Assembly (NCBI GenBank): GCA_016840035.1
Contig: JAEOTC010000092.1
Coordinates: 1-39,010 of the forward strand
Length of the DNA stretch: 39,010 nt
Direction: 5' to 3'
Source of the DNA: Candidatus Hodarchaeota archaeon
Lineage (GTDB): Archaea > Asgardarchaeota > Heimdallarchaeia > Hodarchaeales > Hodarchaeaceae
The translations under genes were made by a program, and so were the position numbers. Positions within the stretch are counted from its first letter, which is position 1; the number at the start of each line of letters is the position of its first letter. Below are positions 26,960 through 36,028 of this stretch, piece by piece. The notes beneath the pieces are model-generated. The model made no database searches. It had not been told where the DNA came from and worked only from the letters and a program-made list of their open reading frames with translations.

Positions 26960-27748
26960 TCAGATAATAAGCTGTTTGATTTCAGCGATTTTTGATTCCA
27001 CTGTAGTAATTGTATCAGAGGGGGCAATCTTAGGATTCGCGTCAATTAACAGTAATAATCCTTCACCTAGAATATAAACAAAGATATTTGAAACGCCACT
27101 AACAGCAAGAAAGAACTCGGGTTGTTCTAAATGGGCAGCAAAAGCTCCTCGTATAGCACGAACAGCGGCAGGAAGAATCTTTGGATCCATTTGATTAACT
27201 ATTACTGCTCCCGTGAAAGAAGAAACACAGGCACCCTGAATTGCTTCTTCTGTTGATTTCCAACTTAAGAGTACTTCATCAACGGATTGTTTCATTGATT
27301 CTCCCATATACCGACTTTCCCCAGTCATAACCGTTAAAATGGCTTCGTCAAAGTCTTGTTTCTCTTTTTTTGTTATCCGAATTGATTTTCTACCAAATTT
27401 ATATGAAAAACTACCCAGGAATAAAGTCATCAAGGTTCTAAGTTTAAATTCTATATCCAGTAGTGATGCTGAAGCCGAAGATACCAATGCGAAAAGACCT
27501 TCACCTCGAACAATGCCAGCGATCCGCATTGAAGCGAAATCAACATAGAAAATTTGGCCTGGATCAATTTGTTCTTCCTTCAATCCTTGAGAAAGATCAA
27601 AAGCTGATTGCAACAATGTAAAGATTTGTTTGGGAGAGAAATCATCAGTATCCTTTGAAGGACGAAAATCCTTCGAAATTAATGGACGTCCTTTATCTGT
27701 GAATACAAAGAAACCTAAAAAGATTTCAAGCTCATCAAATGAAACCAT
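26960..27748 (-). CDS. Longin-like + roadblock/LC7 two-domain protein
   Basis: N-half FFVFTDKGRPLISKDF / IFTLLQSAFDLS / IFYVDFASMRIAGIVRGEGLFALVS / IEFKLRTLMTLF (longin-like); C-half VDEVLLSW..IQGACVSSFTGAVIVNQM..FFLAVSGVSNIFVYILGEGLLLLIDA..IAEIKQLI (roadblock-like). Confidence 0.75.
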   Translation of the reverse strand: MVSFDELEIFLGFFVFTDKGRPLISKDFRPSKDTDDFSPKQIFTLLQSAFDLSQGLKEEQIDPGQIFYVDFASMRIAGIVRGEGLFALVSSASASLLDIEFKLRTLMTLFLGSFSYKFGRKSIRITKKEKQDFDEAILTVMTGESRYMGESMKQSVDEVLLSWKSTEEAIQGACVSSFTGAVIVNQMDPKILPAAVRAIRGAFAAHLEQPEFFLAVSGVSNIFVYILGEGLLLLIDANPKIAPSDTITTVESKIAEIKQLII

Positions 27749-27754
27749 TTGTTT

Positions 27755-28297
27755 TCACTCTCCTAATATTAACTTGCCCATTTGAACAAAAGCGTCTTCT
27801 ACCTTAGAGCCAGTTTTTGCTGATGTAGTAATGAATTCTTCTGCTTCTAATTTTTTCATTATTTCCTCTCGAGAACCAGGTACTTCTTCTTTAGCGAGAT
27901 CTTCCTTATTCCCAATAACAATGATTTTGGCGTTAGGACTCTGTTCTCGTACATCATCTCGCCATCTCTCGAGTTTTGTAAATGTCTCCTCTGTCCGAGA
28001 TAAATCAAAGACAAGAAAAACACCATGGGCTTTTTTCAGGTATAGGTGACGAAAATTAGTAAATCCAGATTGACCAGCTACATCCCAGATCTGATAGATT
28101 AACTCCTGTTTTCCACCATCATGAGTATCTAGCATTACAGTTTTGGATAAGAAGTCAACTCCTAGTGTGATTTGATATCCCTCTTCAAAAAAATTGTCCA
28201 CATAACGTTTAATCAGGCTAGTCTTCCCCACTTCTGGTTCACCGACTAATAACAGCTTAAAGGCAAATTTACCCGATTTTCCTTTCTTTTTCGGCAT
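27755..28297 (-). CDS. Rab-like small GTPase with N-terminal polybasic extension
   Basis: G1 GEPEVGKT, G2 ITLGVDF, G3 WDVAGQ, G4 NKED, G5 TSAK; starts MPKKKGKSGK; GAGGAG SD. Confidence 0.94.
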   Translation of the reverse strand: MPKKKGKSGKFAFKLLLVGEPEVGKTSLIKRYVDNFFEEGYQITLGVDFLSKTVMLDTHDGGKQELIYQIWDVAGQSGFTNFRHLYLKKAHGVFLVFDLSRTEETFTKLERWRDDVREQSPNAKIIVIGNKEDLAKEEVPGSREEIMKKLEAEEFITTSAKTGSKVEDAFVQMGKLILGE

Positions 28298-28369
28298 GGA
28301 ACTATCTCCTCTTTCTTTTTGGGCAATAGAATTGAGATTATTTTAACGATTTTCTCTGAAAAGTATTTT

Positions 28370-28384
28370 CTTAAAAGGATTCGC
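28370..28384 (-). promoter_or_regulatory. Possible BRE/TATA promoter of the GTPase operon
   Basis: Minus strand GCGAATCC-TTTTAAG about 75 nt upstream of the GTPase ATG. Confidence 0.35.
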
Positions 28385-28519
28385 CAATTTCGACGAATTA
28401 TAACGTATTAGGTTAATATTATATTAATAGATAATTATGATGACTTATCAATAAATTGCATTCCATTACTATTACATGATCTTGAGTACTTCTCCATTAA
28501 TAAAGACTCGTGAACACCT

Positions 28520-31105
28520 ATGACGTCTCTATGTCAAATCAGTTTCAATTTACAGGCAGAAGGGAAGGCAAAAATTGAATCCTTCCGTTTTAATGTTAAT
28601 ACACTCTCGGATCCGTCCGTAGAATTTCCTAGCTTCCCAAAAGATAAAATGTTACGAGCTTTAAGTGAACATAGCCGGGCACAACGGTATGGATTCGCTC
28701 AAGGCCATTTGAAAAATCTCAAATTTAAAAAATGCGACGAATTTAGTAGTGAAGAAGAAATTCACATACTGATGTTAGTTTTTGAAAAGATCGGTCCTAT
28801 TTCGCTAGTTTTTAGGAACAAATTTGAATATTTGGTCTTAGAGGGCATTGACTCCCAATATAACTACATTGGTTATAAAACACTTGTAAATCTTCTTATT
28901 CAGGTTATCAAACCAGAAACGGAGCCCATCCAAGGATTAGGAAGGATTAAAGCCGTTTATCATGCATCCAATACGCAAGAATTGGCACGGAAAGCATCCT
29001 ATGTTCCAATTCTCGATACAACGGAAGGTAAGATTACTCTATTTACGTTAAGTATCATTTTACCTACACTAGTCGTTATCGTTCTTCCTCTTGAATGGCT
29101 AGATGAAATGTTCTCATATTTGTTGGTGTTAGGTCTTCTTTCAATACTAGTGTGTTCATATTCAATAATCAAGCGCTCTTTACGTCATGCACCTCTCGGT
29201 ATAATATCATTGATTGCTTCATATCTGATAACTGAAACTTTAATACATTTTGATATACTAACAGCTGGGATTAATCCATGGGGAATTTTCAATAATATTT
29301 CCAGGCAAAATCTGATTGGAATCTTACGAAATCAACCAATCGTAAACTCAATTGGTTCTCAAATATTCATTGGGTTTGACCTCCTTGGTGCGATTGTACC
29401 TTTCCTTGATATCATCCTCTTAGGTATCATTCCATTTACCATTGGTGCTGGATTATCAGGATTATTGGAGAAGGTTGAAAAATTCTCTATACGAACTATT
29501 GCTGTTAAATCATTCTTTGCAGCATTATTTCTAATTTTTATTATTGCTATTCCAACCACTTATCATGCATTTGGAAAAGGTATGGAAGGTACACTCTATG
29601 CAAGTATAGGTGTTACTCAAACTGCAGAAATTTTTTCAGAGAGGTTTTTTGCTAATCTTGAAGATAATATTGATGAATTATGGACTCTTATTCATTCTGC
29701 TCAATATAATTTTGATAAAGCGGATAATTCCTTTCGACAATTTGCTGAAAATCCTCTTATAGCATCTCTTCTTCCGCTAATATTTCCAGAAGTGGCAGGA
29801 ATCCCCCTTAAGGATCTTCCAAAGATACTAGCCTTAACTGATGTTGTTTCTGAATCATTAGGTTATGTTCCAAACTTGTTATGGTCTTTGACAAATTTAG
29901 AATCAGGGATAAACCTTACTTTCTCAATTCTACAGGACTCCATTGGTCAATCCACAGTAGGTGGGTATGGGGCTTCTTCTGTAGCAGTATATGATCCATC
30001 AATGCGTGATGCTTTAAACCTCCTGATTCAGGGTACAAATAACCTTTCATCAATTGAAGCTCCCTTGTTAATTCTTTTCTCACAAGCGAGAGAGAAAATA
30101 GATTATTCAGTCTTTGCGGAAATTTCCTCAGTTCTAACGGAACTAGAACTTGTACTCCCTATCTTGATTACTATTTTAGATGGATTAGTTCCTTGGGTTA
30201 ATAGTACATATAAATTAACTCTTGTCATTGACGATCTATTTGATTTTCAATTTGAAAGTGCCTATTTACAGAGTGCGGTAGATGATTTTAATCGATCAAC
30301 ATCAATTTCCGATCTCGATATTGCATCCCTACCAAATACCTCCATTGTTCCTATCAGAGACCTCTCAGAGTTTAGTACCAATCTTCACTCCGTTACAAAA
30401 TACTTCCTTTACACAATTGAAAATGGAACTCAAATGTTTCAACAGCTGAATAGTACATTGAGACTGTTTCAAGATGTAGCATTTTCTGATCCTCAAAATA
30501 TTGATGATCCCATTTGGCAAGAAATTGAGGATGGATTAAACCAAACAGAATATCATCTGAATGCAACACAATACAGCTTAGCTGAGATGAGTAATATTGT
30601 AACTTCCCAAAGTGAGCTGGATTATCAAGAGTTAAACTCTTTCCTTGGAGAACTACAAACATTTATTGATGATACGAGTACTGAATTTGATGTGGTTCAA
30701 GAATATTTCGATGCTCTTGAGGGTACATACGATGCAAGCTCTCACTTTTCTATGGGTGTTAAATTATTAAATGAAACTCTAATGGCAAATGGCACTCTTG
30801 CAGGTGATTATTCTTCGACTAGAGGGAATTTTACTCAAAGTCAAATTATCGCAAATCAAACATCAGACATCCTACTAAACATTCCAACTCATCTTCTGAA
30901 TCAAAGTGCAATTACAAATTGGGAAAACCTAGTTAAAGGAGATATTGGGAATAACTTAACTAATTCAATCTATGTTAATTCAGCAAACTGTATCGCCTTG
31001 ATTGACACAATTGTGGGTGCTGGATTTATCAATCCGCTAGATGGTTTGAGATTTGCTGAAATATTAAATGATGCAGATATGATGGATTGGAATATCTTCT
31101 CCTGA
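28520..31105 (+). CDS. Multi-pass membrane protein with large helical, sequon-rich (probably N-glycosylated) C-terminal ectodomain
   Basis: About 170-aa soluble N-domain, about 5 TM, then ~500 aa of amphipathic helices containing 15 N-x-S/T sequons. Confidence 0.72.
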   Translation: MTSLCQISFNLQAEGKAKIESFRFNVNTLSDPSVEFPSFPKDKMLRALSEHSRAQRYGFAQGHLKNLKFKKCDEFSSEEEIHILMLVFEKIGPISLVFRNKFEYLVLEGIDSQYNYIGYKTLVNLLIQVIKPETEPIQGLGRIKAVYHASNTQELARKASYVPILDTTEGKITLFTLSIILPTLVVIVLPLEWLDEMFSYLLVLGLLSILVCSYSIIKRSLRHAPLGIISLIASYLITETLIHFDILTAGINPWGIFNNISRQNLIGILRNQPIVNSIGSQIFIGFDLLGAIVPFLDIILLGIIPFTIGAGLSGLLEKVEKFSIRTIAVKSFFAALFLIFIIAIPTTYHAFGKGMEGTLYASIGVTQTAEIFSERFFANLEDNIDELWTLIHSAQYNFDKADNSFRQFAENPLIASLLPLIFPEVAGIPLKDLPKILALTDVVSESLGYVPNLLWSLTNLESGINLTFSILQDSIGQSTVGGYGASSVAVYDPSMRDALNLLIQGTNNLSSIEAPLLILFSQAREKIDYSVFAEISSVLTELELVLPILITILDGLVPWVNSTYKLTLVIDDLFDFQFESAYLQSAVDDFNRSTSISDLDIASLPNTSIVPIRDLSEFSTNLHSVTKYFLYTIENGTQMFQQLNSTLRLFQDVAFSDPQNIDDPIWQEIEDGLNQTEYHLNATQYSLAEMSNIVTSQSELDYQELNSFLGELQTFIDDTSTEFDVVQEYFDALEGTYDASSHFSMGVKLLNETLMANGTLAGDYSSTRGNFTQSQIIANQTSDILLNIPTHLLNQSAITNWENLVKGDIGNNLTNSIYVNSANCIALIDTIVGAGFINPLDGLRFAEILNDADMMDWNIFS

Positions 31106-31136
31106 GAAAATACAGGTGGAATGCTTCTTCTTGTTG

Positions 31137-32615
31137 CTACAAGAAGGAAAATTCCGTCTCCTCCTTAAGATATGGTTGTGGATCCATATCCCAAACAGAA
31201 AGATCAAATTCACCCCTGGTGGTTGCTAATTCTCGAATCACTTGACCTACATGTCTCGCTGCATCATCTCTCCAAAATTCTTCTCCAAATTCATCTATCA
31301 TTTGATTCATCCATTCTTTAACCCTTACACTTGCTAACATGTAGGAGGGGGCGTATATGTCATAATTGGGTGTTATGTGGTGTGTTAACCAATAATCACC
31401 TGGTATCTCCCAGAAATATCTCTTAGTTAATTCCTGAAACCTTTTAGATGCATCCTCATATGAATAGTCTTGTTTCCAATACTCGATCTTCATCAGGGAA
31501 TTTGCAGCATAAAAAACTAGGAAATAGAGATTTATAAAATGACGTCGGTCTATGATATCTTGAACTACTTCCTTGCTCATTCCGAGCTCATTTTCTAAGT
31601 ATAATGGCTGTTGTAGAAGCATTTCAAGAAAAATGGAAAATGTTTCGGCCACACTCATGGGGATAATGTACCGTTTCCAAAAGGAATCGTTTTCATTACC
31701 AGAGGCTCCGTGTATTCCGTGACCATATTCGTGATAAAGGCTTGTAAAATCACTAAATGGGGAAACACGTTTATAGACAACACGTATGTCATTAGGAACC
31801 TGAATAGAGAAACAAAATGCGGAAGGTGATTTCTTCTCCCGATCTTCATTATCCACTTTGATTTTTTTCAATTCTTCGTTGAAACCAAGATGAGTTAACA
31901 CCTTTTCGATCGATTTCTGGGGATTTTTCTTGGTAAAATACTGGTTCAAGGGAGAATAGATCCTCCCTCTTGCTAGATAGAAATCATCATAGTACTCAAA
32001 GGATTCTTTACCAAGGATTTCGGGAGCAAAATGATCAGCTGCCTCCAGAAACGACTTTCTTGCCCCATCTCCTAGAATATTTATAAAATCCTTTAATTTT
32101 TCAAATGTCAAATATTCACGTTCTAGATAAGCATCAAGAGGACTCGTTTCGTAGAGCTTATAGACTTGTCGTGAAATATTAAATCGTTTTGTTATTAGTG
32201 AGGCTAACTGAGGGGCTTTCTGTATGAAGTCATCGTAAACCTGTTTACGATTTACGTCATTTGACTCTGAAGCGTTAAATTGACGCCATGATCCCCAATT
32301 AACTGGTTTTCCATGAACTTTGAAATCCTTATTTGATAGAACTTTCGTTCGTTCTTCATAGAGCTCTAATGTAACTGGTAATTTGCGAGCTTGTGATATG
32401 GCATAAATACTGTGTAAATAGAACGACCGAGGTTCTTGAAAATTAGTAAGAAACTCCGTGCTTAATTCCACAAGTGAATTACTGACGCTTTCCATTATTG
32501 TTTTGTCATATTCCAAACCACTGGTTTGATTATATCGTTGTTCAGAGAGTTGAATATGAAATTCTTCGAATTTCCTGCCGAGATTATTGATCTTATTATC
32601 AGAAGAAGAGGCCAC
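31137..32615 (-). CDS. Gluzincin metallopeptidase, M3 (oligoendopeptidase F)-like
   Basis: DREKKSPSAFCF, LYHEYGHGIH (HExxH), SVAETFS (third ligand Glu), HITPNYDIYAPSY; GTG 32615 has a GGGTGA SD (the track's start is 32678). Confidence 0.82.
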   Translation of the reverse strand: MASSSDNKINNLGRKFEEFHIQLSEQRYNQTSGLEYDKTIMESVSNSLVELSTEFLTNFQEPRSFYLHSIYAISQARKLPVTLELYEERTKVLSNKDFKVHGKPVNWGSWRQFNASESNDVNRKQVYDDFIQKAPQLASLITKRFNISRQVYKLYETSPLDAYLEREYLTFEKLKDFINILGDGARKSFLEAADHFAPEILGKESFEYYDDFYLARGRIYSPLNQYFTKKNPQKSIEKVLTHLGFNEELKKIKVDNEDREKKSPSAFCFSIQVPNDIRVVYKRVSPFSDFTSLYHEYGHGIHGASGNENDSFWKRYIIPMSVAETFSIFLEMLLQQPLYLENELGMSKEVVQDIIDRRHFINLYFLVFYAANSLMKIEYWKQDYSYEDASKRFQELTKRYFWEIPGDYWLTHHITPNYDIYAPSYMLASVRVKEWMNQMIDEFGEEFWRDDAARHVGQVIRELATTRGEFDLSVWDMDPQPYLKEETEFSFL

Positions 32616-32798
32616 TAAGTTCACCCTTGATAAATTGAAGGACTCCCAAGATAGATGTAAAAGAGATTTTCGAATCAATTAAAGTGTTTTTTGACTCAGC
32701 CTGAATTGGTAGTAACCTTTTTGAGGATAGGTAATCACATTATAACAGCGACTTTTTTTGAATTAGAGGTTGATTCAAAGGTTTAAAGGTGATAATTA

Positions 32799-33626
32799 AT
32801 GGAACCAGTTGATATAGTCGGGGTAGTATTTATTATCTTAGGAATTATATTTTATTTGGCACTTGGAATACGACTTTATAGATCTTATAAAGATTCGGAA
32901 AAGAAACAAACGTTATATCTATCTTTACTGCTGATTTTCGGTGGAATGGCATTATTGTCTCTTACTCTTGAACAAGTAATACTACTTGTTAATGCAGATC
33001 CGCTTGATTCACAAACGGTTGATGATGCTATCAGTATTTTGAAATATTCAGAAATTGATGTCTTCTGGGTAGCATTTATGTTTGCTACTCTGGCTTGGAT
33101 AACTAGTAGTATGGCAATCATTGCTGCAAACTTTTTCACTCAATCATTTTTCCCTGAAAGTAATAAAAGACTATTACTCATCCCTATCATTTTAATGGTT
33201 GGGTTCCTCCTTCTTCTGACTTTATCTCCCTTTTATTATGAATACGTGGAAGGGGATTGGAGTCCCAATCACGATGCCTCAACAACTTTTCTTAAATGGA
33301 TTCTTTTCTTGATACCTTTATGGACAATATCATTCCTCTTCTTGTACCTAAGCGTGTCTCTAAAGCGAAAAGGAGTAATCGCATGGCGTCGAGTTGGTTG
33401 GTTCTTCATGAGTCAGGTAATATTATCAATCGGATTTACAATTGAAATATTAAATCCAGGTACTATTACCACTTTTCTTGATAGTCTCAACATAAACATA
33501 GATTTATTACTGAATAAAGCTTTGTGGGCTGTATCATCACGATTTATGGTCATGATGTATCCCATCCTCATGTGGATTGCTGTATATACTCCCAATTGGG
33601 CAAAAGGTTTGCTTGGTGTGTCCTAA
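32799..33626 (+). CDS. Stand-alone seven-TM membrane protein
   Basis: Seven hydrophobic helices, basic loops after TM1 and TM5, C-terminal YTPNWAKGLLG; AGGTGA SD. Confidence 0.78.
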   Translation: MEPVDIVGVVFIILGIIFYLALGIRLYRSYKDSEKKQTLYLSLLLIFGGMALLSLTLEQVILLVNADPLDSQTVDDAISILKYSEIDVFWVAFMFATLAWITSSMAIIAANFFTQSFFPESNKRLLLIPIILMVGFLLLLTLSPFYYEYVEGDWSPNHDASTTFLKWILFLIPLWTISFLFLYLSVSLKRKGVIAWRRVGWFFMSQVILSIGFTIEILNPGTITTFLDSLNINIDLLLNKALWAVSSRFMVMMYPILMWIAVYTPNWAKGLLGVS

Positions 33627-33635
33627 GCTCCAATC

Positions 33636-33651
33636 CTTCCTTCTTTTTTTT
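33636..33651 (+). terminator. Oligo-T terminator between convergent genes
   Basis: CTTCCTTCTTTTTTTT immediately after the 7TM gene stop. Confidence 0.45.
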
Positions 33652-34774
33652 AGAATCCATCTATCCAGTCCATAAAACGGGAAGATACTTGTTTAAAAAG
33701 TAATTCTCGAATTAGGGGATTTCGTTTTGCTGAAAGATCTACCGCAACTTCAATTAAATCTTCATCATACTGTTTGCGAACTTCTGCAATTAATGGTTCT
33801 CGTTCCTCTTCTGGATAAGTAAACACATCAATTAATTGATTTGCTACTTCTAAAATTTGAATGTATGCCCGATCAAGTATCACTTCAGCGCGATTTGGAC
33901 TTTGTTTGATTTGTTTCAATATCTCTTTCGAGTAATTGCAGGAATGTCCATTTTTTACTTGTTTTTTATTACTATCAATAAGTAACTCTTGAGGGTAACG
34001 TTTAGTAAGGTTTTTGGGTATTCCTATCACATCAGCTTGTTTGGGATCAATTACATCCTCAGTATAACTGACTTTTCGGAGAACTATCTGTGGAATCAGA
34101 AGATCCAAGCTATGGACTATTAAATCAATCAGCACTTGAGATTCTCCAGTCACCATAACTGGATTTCCCCGATAAATTGCGCCAAGAATTCTATCATCAT
34201 TCTTTTTTATTTGAGAAAATAAGAAATCAAGATTACCTCCCTCGGTTTTCTCTGAATAAGTAACCCTTTTTTCTATTATTTGTACCTGTGTTGTTGTATC
34301 TTTTTCTGTTACTTCCCAATGATTCAATAAATCTTGCAACTCATTCGATAACACTTTGCCCTCTCCGTAGGTGAATTGCTGCTTAATCTTGGAAGCAATA
34401 TCATCTGCGGTATGTTTTAGGAAAGGAACCTTAGAATATAGAAAAGCTTGTTTTTCATCTGGAACAAGATAGATAAGTGCCGAAACACACTGGGGAGTTG
34501 AAGGATCATCCTGTCGAATTTGGAATAAATATATAAAACCGATTCGTTTTTTTGTGAGACTTGGAAAGGGAAGAATCGCTTCGGTATTGTCTAACTCTGA
34601 ACTAGTCATCATAGATAAGGGCATTGTAGACTTTAACGCAACTTGGGCTGCTTCAGAATCCGAAAGATCATGTTTTGTATAAAAAATAGGAACAGCTTGC
34701 TTCAGTTTTGTAAATACACAAAATAGAACTTCTCTATCCAATTTATTCCATCTCGTTTCAAATTTAAAAATCAT
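33650..34774 (-). CDS. DENN-like (folliculin-like) protein: uDENN/longin + core alpha/beta DENN + helical dDENN
   Basis: N-domain VLFCVFT..VPIFY / AAQVALKS / EAILPFPS..IGFIYLFQI..VSALIYLV; core RILGAIYRGNPVMVTG..LIVHSLDLLIP..LRKVSY..ADVIGI..LLID; helical C-terminus. True start may be TTG 34741. Confidence 0.65.
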   Translation of the reverse strand: MIFKFETRWNKLDREVLFCVFTKLKQAVPIFYTKHDLSDSEAAQVALKSTMPLSMMTSSELDNTEAILPFPSLTKKRIGFIYLFQIRQDDPSTPQCVSALIYLVPDEKQAFLYSKVPFLKHTADDIASKIKQQFTYGEGKVLSNELQDLLNHWEVTEKDTTTQVQIIEKRVTYSEKTEGGNLDFLFSQIKKNDDRILGAIYRGNPVMVTGESQVLIDLIVHSLDLLIPQIVLRKVSYTEDVIDPKQADVIGIPKNLTKRYPQELLIDSNKKQVKNGHSCNYSKEILKQIKQSPNRAEVILDRAYIQILEVANQLIDVFTYPEEEREPLIAEVRKQYDEDLIEVAVDLSAKRNPLIRELLFKQVSSRFMDWIDGF

Positions 34775-34862
34775 TATTTTTGAAGAAAACGTGATATAAT
34801 AAGTTGACGTATTTTCTCGTATAGAACAGGGTTTTAATAATTAGTTTCAAAGATGCACTCGT

Positions 34863-35504
34863 ATGGTAGAAAGCATATACAGGATATTTAATTCCCTAAG
34901 AATGCACATAAGTAACGCATTAAGAAATAAAAAAATCCTATTCGTCCTTATTTTAGGTAATTTGCTAGGAGCAATTATTGGTTTTCAATACTATATAGAG
35001 ATCATTAGAATTACTGATTTCCCTCTATACCTGTGGATATTAATTCCTGATTGTCCTATGGCAGTTTTCCTGTTGATTGGCTTTTATGTTCAGGGGGATA
35101 AGCAGAGATACTTAAATTACAATTTTTTTGTATTCATTCAAGGGATTAGGGGTGCCATTTTTACATATCTGATTGTAGCAAATTTCTCCTCATTAGATAT
35201 CGAAATTGTCATTATTGGCCATACAATTTTACTCCTCCAAGCCATTCTGATTCTTCCTTTTCTGAAAGATTTACGAATTAATAAGGGAACAATTTTCGTA
35301 ATATTTTTGACACTCTTCAATGATTTTATGGACTTTTTTGGTTTCTTTTCGTTCACTACTCCCACTCTCGCACAGCTACCAACAATACAACCTATGTTTG
35401 AGTTTTTCCTTCTTACAATTATTGGTTTAGATCTCCTGATGATATTAACTGGATTGAGTATACCGGCTCTTTTCAAACGATATGAACCAACAGTAGCCAA
35501 TTGA
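34863..35504 (+). CDS. DUF1405 (YpjA-like) integral membrane protein
   Basis: NLLGAIIGFQYY...LWILIPDCPMA, conserved H (IIGHT) and NDFMDF. Confidence 0.8.
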   Translation: MVESIYRIFNSLRMHISNALRNKKILFVLILGNLLGAIIGFQYYIEIIRITDFPLYLWILIPDCPMAVFLLIGFYVQGDKQRYLNYNFFVFIQGIRGAIFTYLIVANFSSLDIEIVIIGHTILLLQAILILPFLKDLRINKGTIFVIFLTLFNDFMDFFGFFSFTTPTLAQLPTIQPMFEFFLLTIIGLDLLMILTGLSIPALFKRYEPTVAN

Positions 35505-35569
35505 TCGTTTAAATTAGTTGTATTTCAGAATTGAAGATCGTAAATATTCCCAAAGAATTACCCAAAAAT

Positions 35570-35995
35570 CTATACTTCTAATTGATTGAGAAAAGAGCCT
35601 AAATATTCTATCAATTGAGCATCTGAATTATATTTTTTTACTTGAAGCAAAGAAGAGGTGTTTCCAGTAATCATAGCAGATATAGGCCTAAATTCCTCAC
35701 TATACACCGCCAAAACTGGTTTTTTTGTACATAATGCGTAAGCAATTTCATAACCAACCCCTAAACTTGGAACTGAGACTTCTGCAATCATGCAATCGCA
35801 TTCATTTAACCAGTTTTCATCTTGGGTGAAAATTTCTACATCAGTCATTGATTCCTCCGTCTCCATTACATCTTTTGAAGCTACATGAAATGTGAGGACC
35901 TCTTGATTCTTATTTTCTAAGAAATTGAGGATTTCTTCATACGTTTTCTGTAATTGTCTGCCTCCACGTATCGCACCTGACAAATAAATCTTCAA
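35570..35995 (-). CDS. 2'-deoxynucleoside 5'-phosphate N-hydrolase (DNPH1/Rcl-like; nucleoside 2-deoxyribosyltransferase family)
   Basis: KIYLSGAIRGGR, VLTFHV, IFTQDENWL, IAEVSVPSLGVGYEI (catalytic Glu), ISAMITG. Confidence 0.88.
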   Translation of the reverse strand: MKIYLSGAIRGGRQLQKTYEEILNFLENKNQEVLTFHVASKDVMETEESMTDVEIFTQDENWLNECDCMIAEVSVPSLGVGYEIAYALCTKKPVLAVYSEEFRPISAMITGNTSSLLQVKKYNSDAQLIEYLGSFLNQLEV

Positions 35996-36028
35996 GTTCT
36001 TCCCAGCTTTCCTTTCCGTACCAATTTA

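Noticed and set aside
28412-28426. Palindrome TTAATAT-T-ATATTAA in the divergent promoter region
   Set aside because: Pure A/T in an AT-rich spacer; expected by chance or simply overlapping TATA elements.
32799-33626. Microbial rhodopsin / heliorhodopsin
   Set aside because: Seven TM, but no DxxxK/SxxxK retinal-binding lysine in helix 7 and no RYxDW/RWxEY motif in helix 3.
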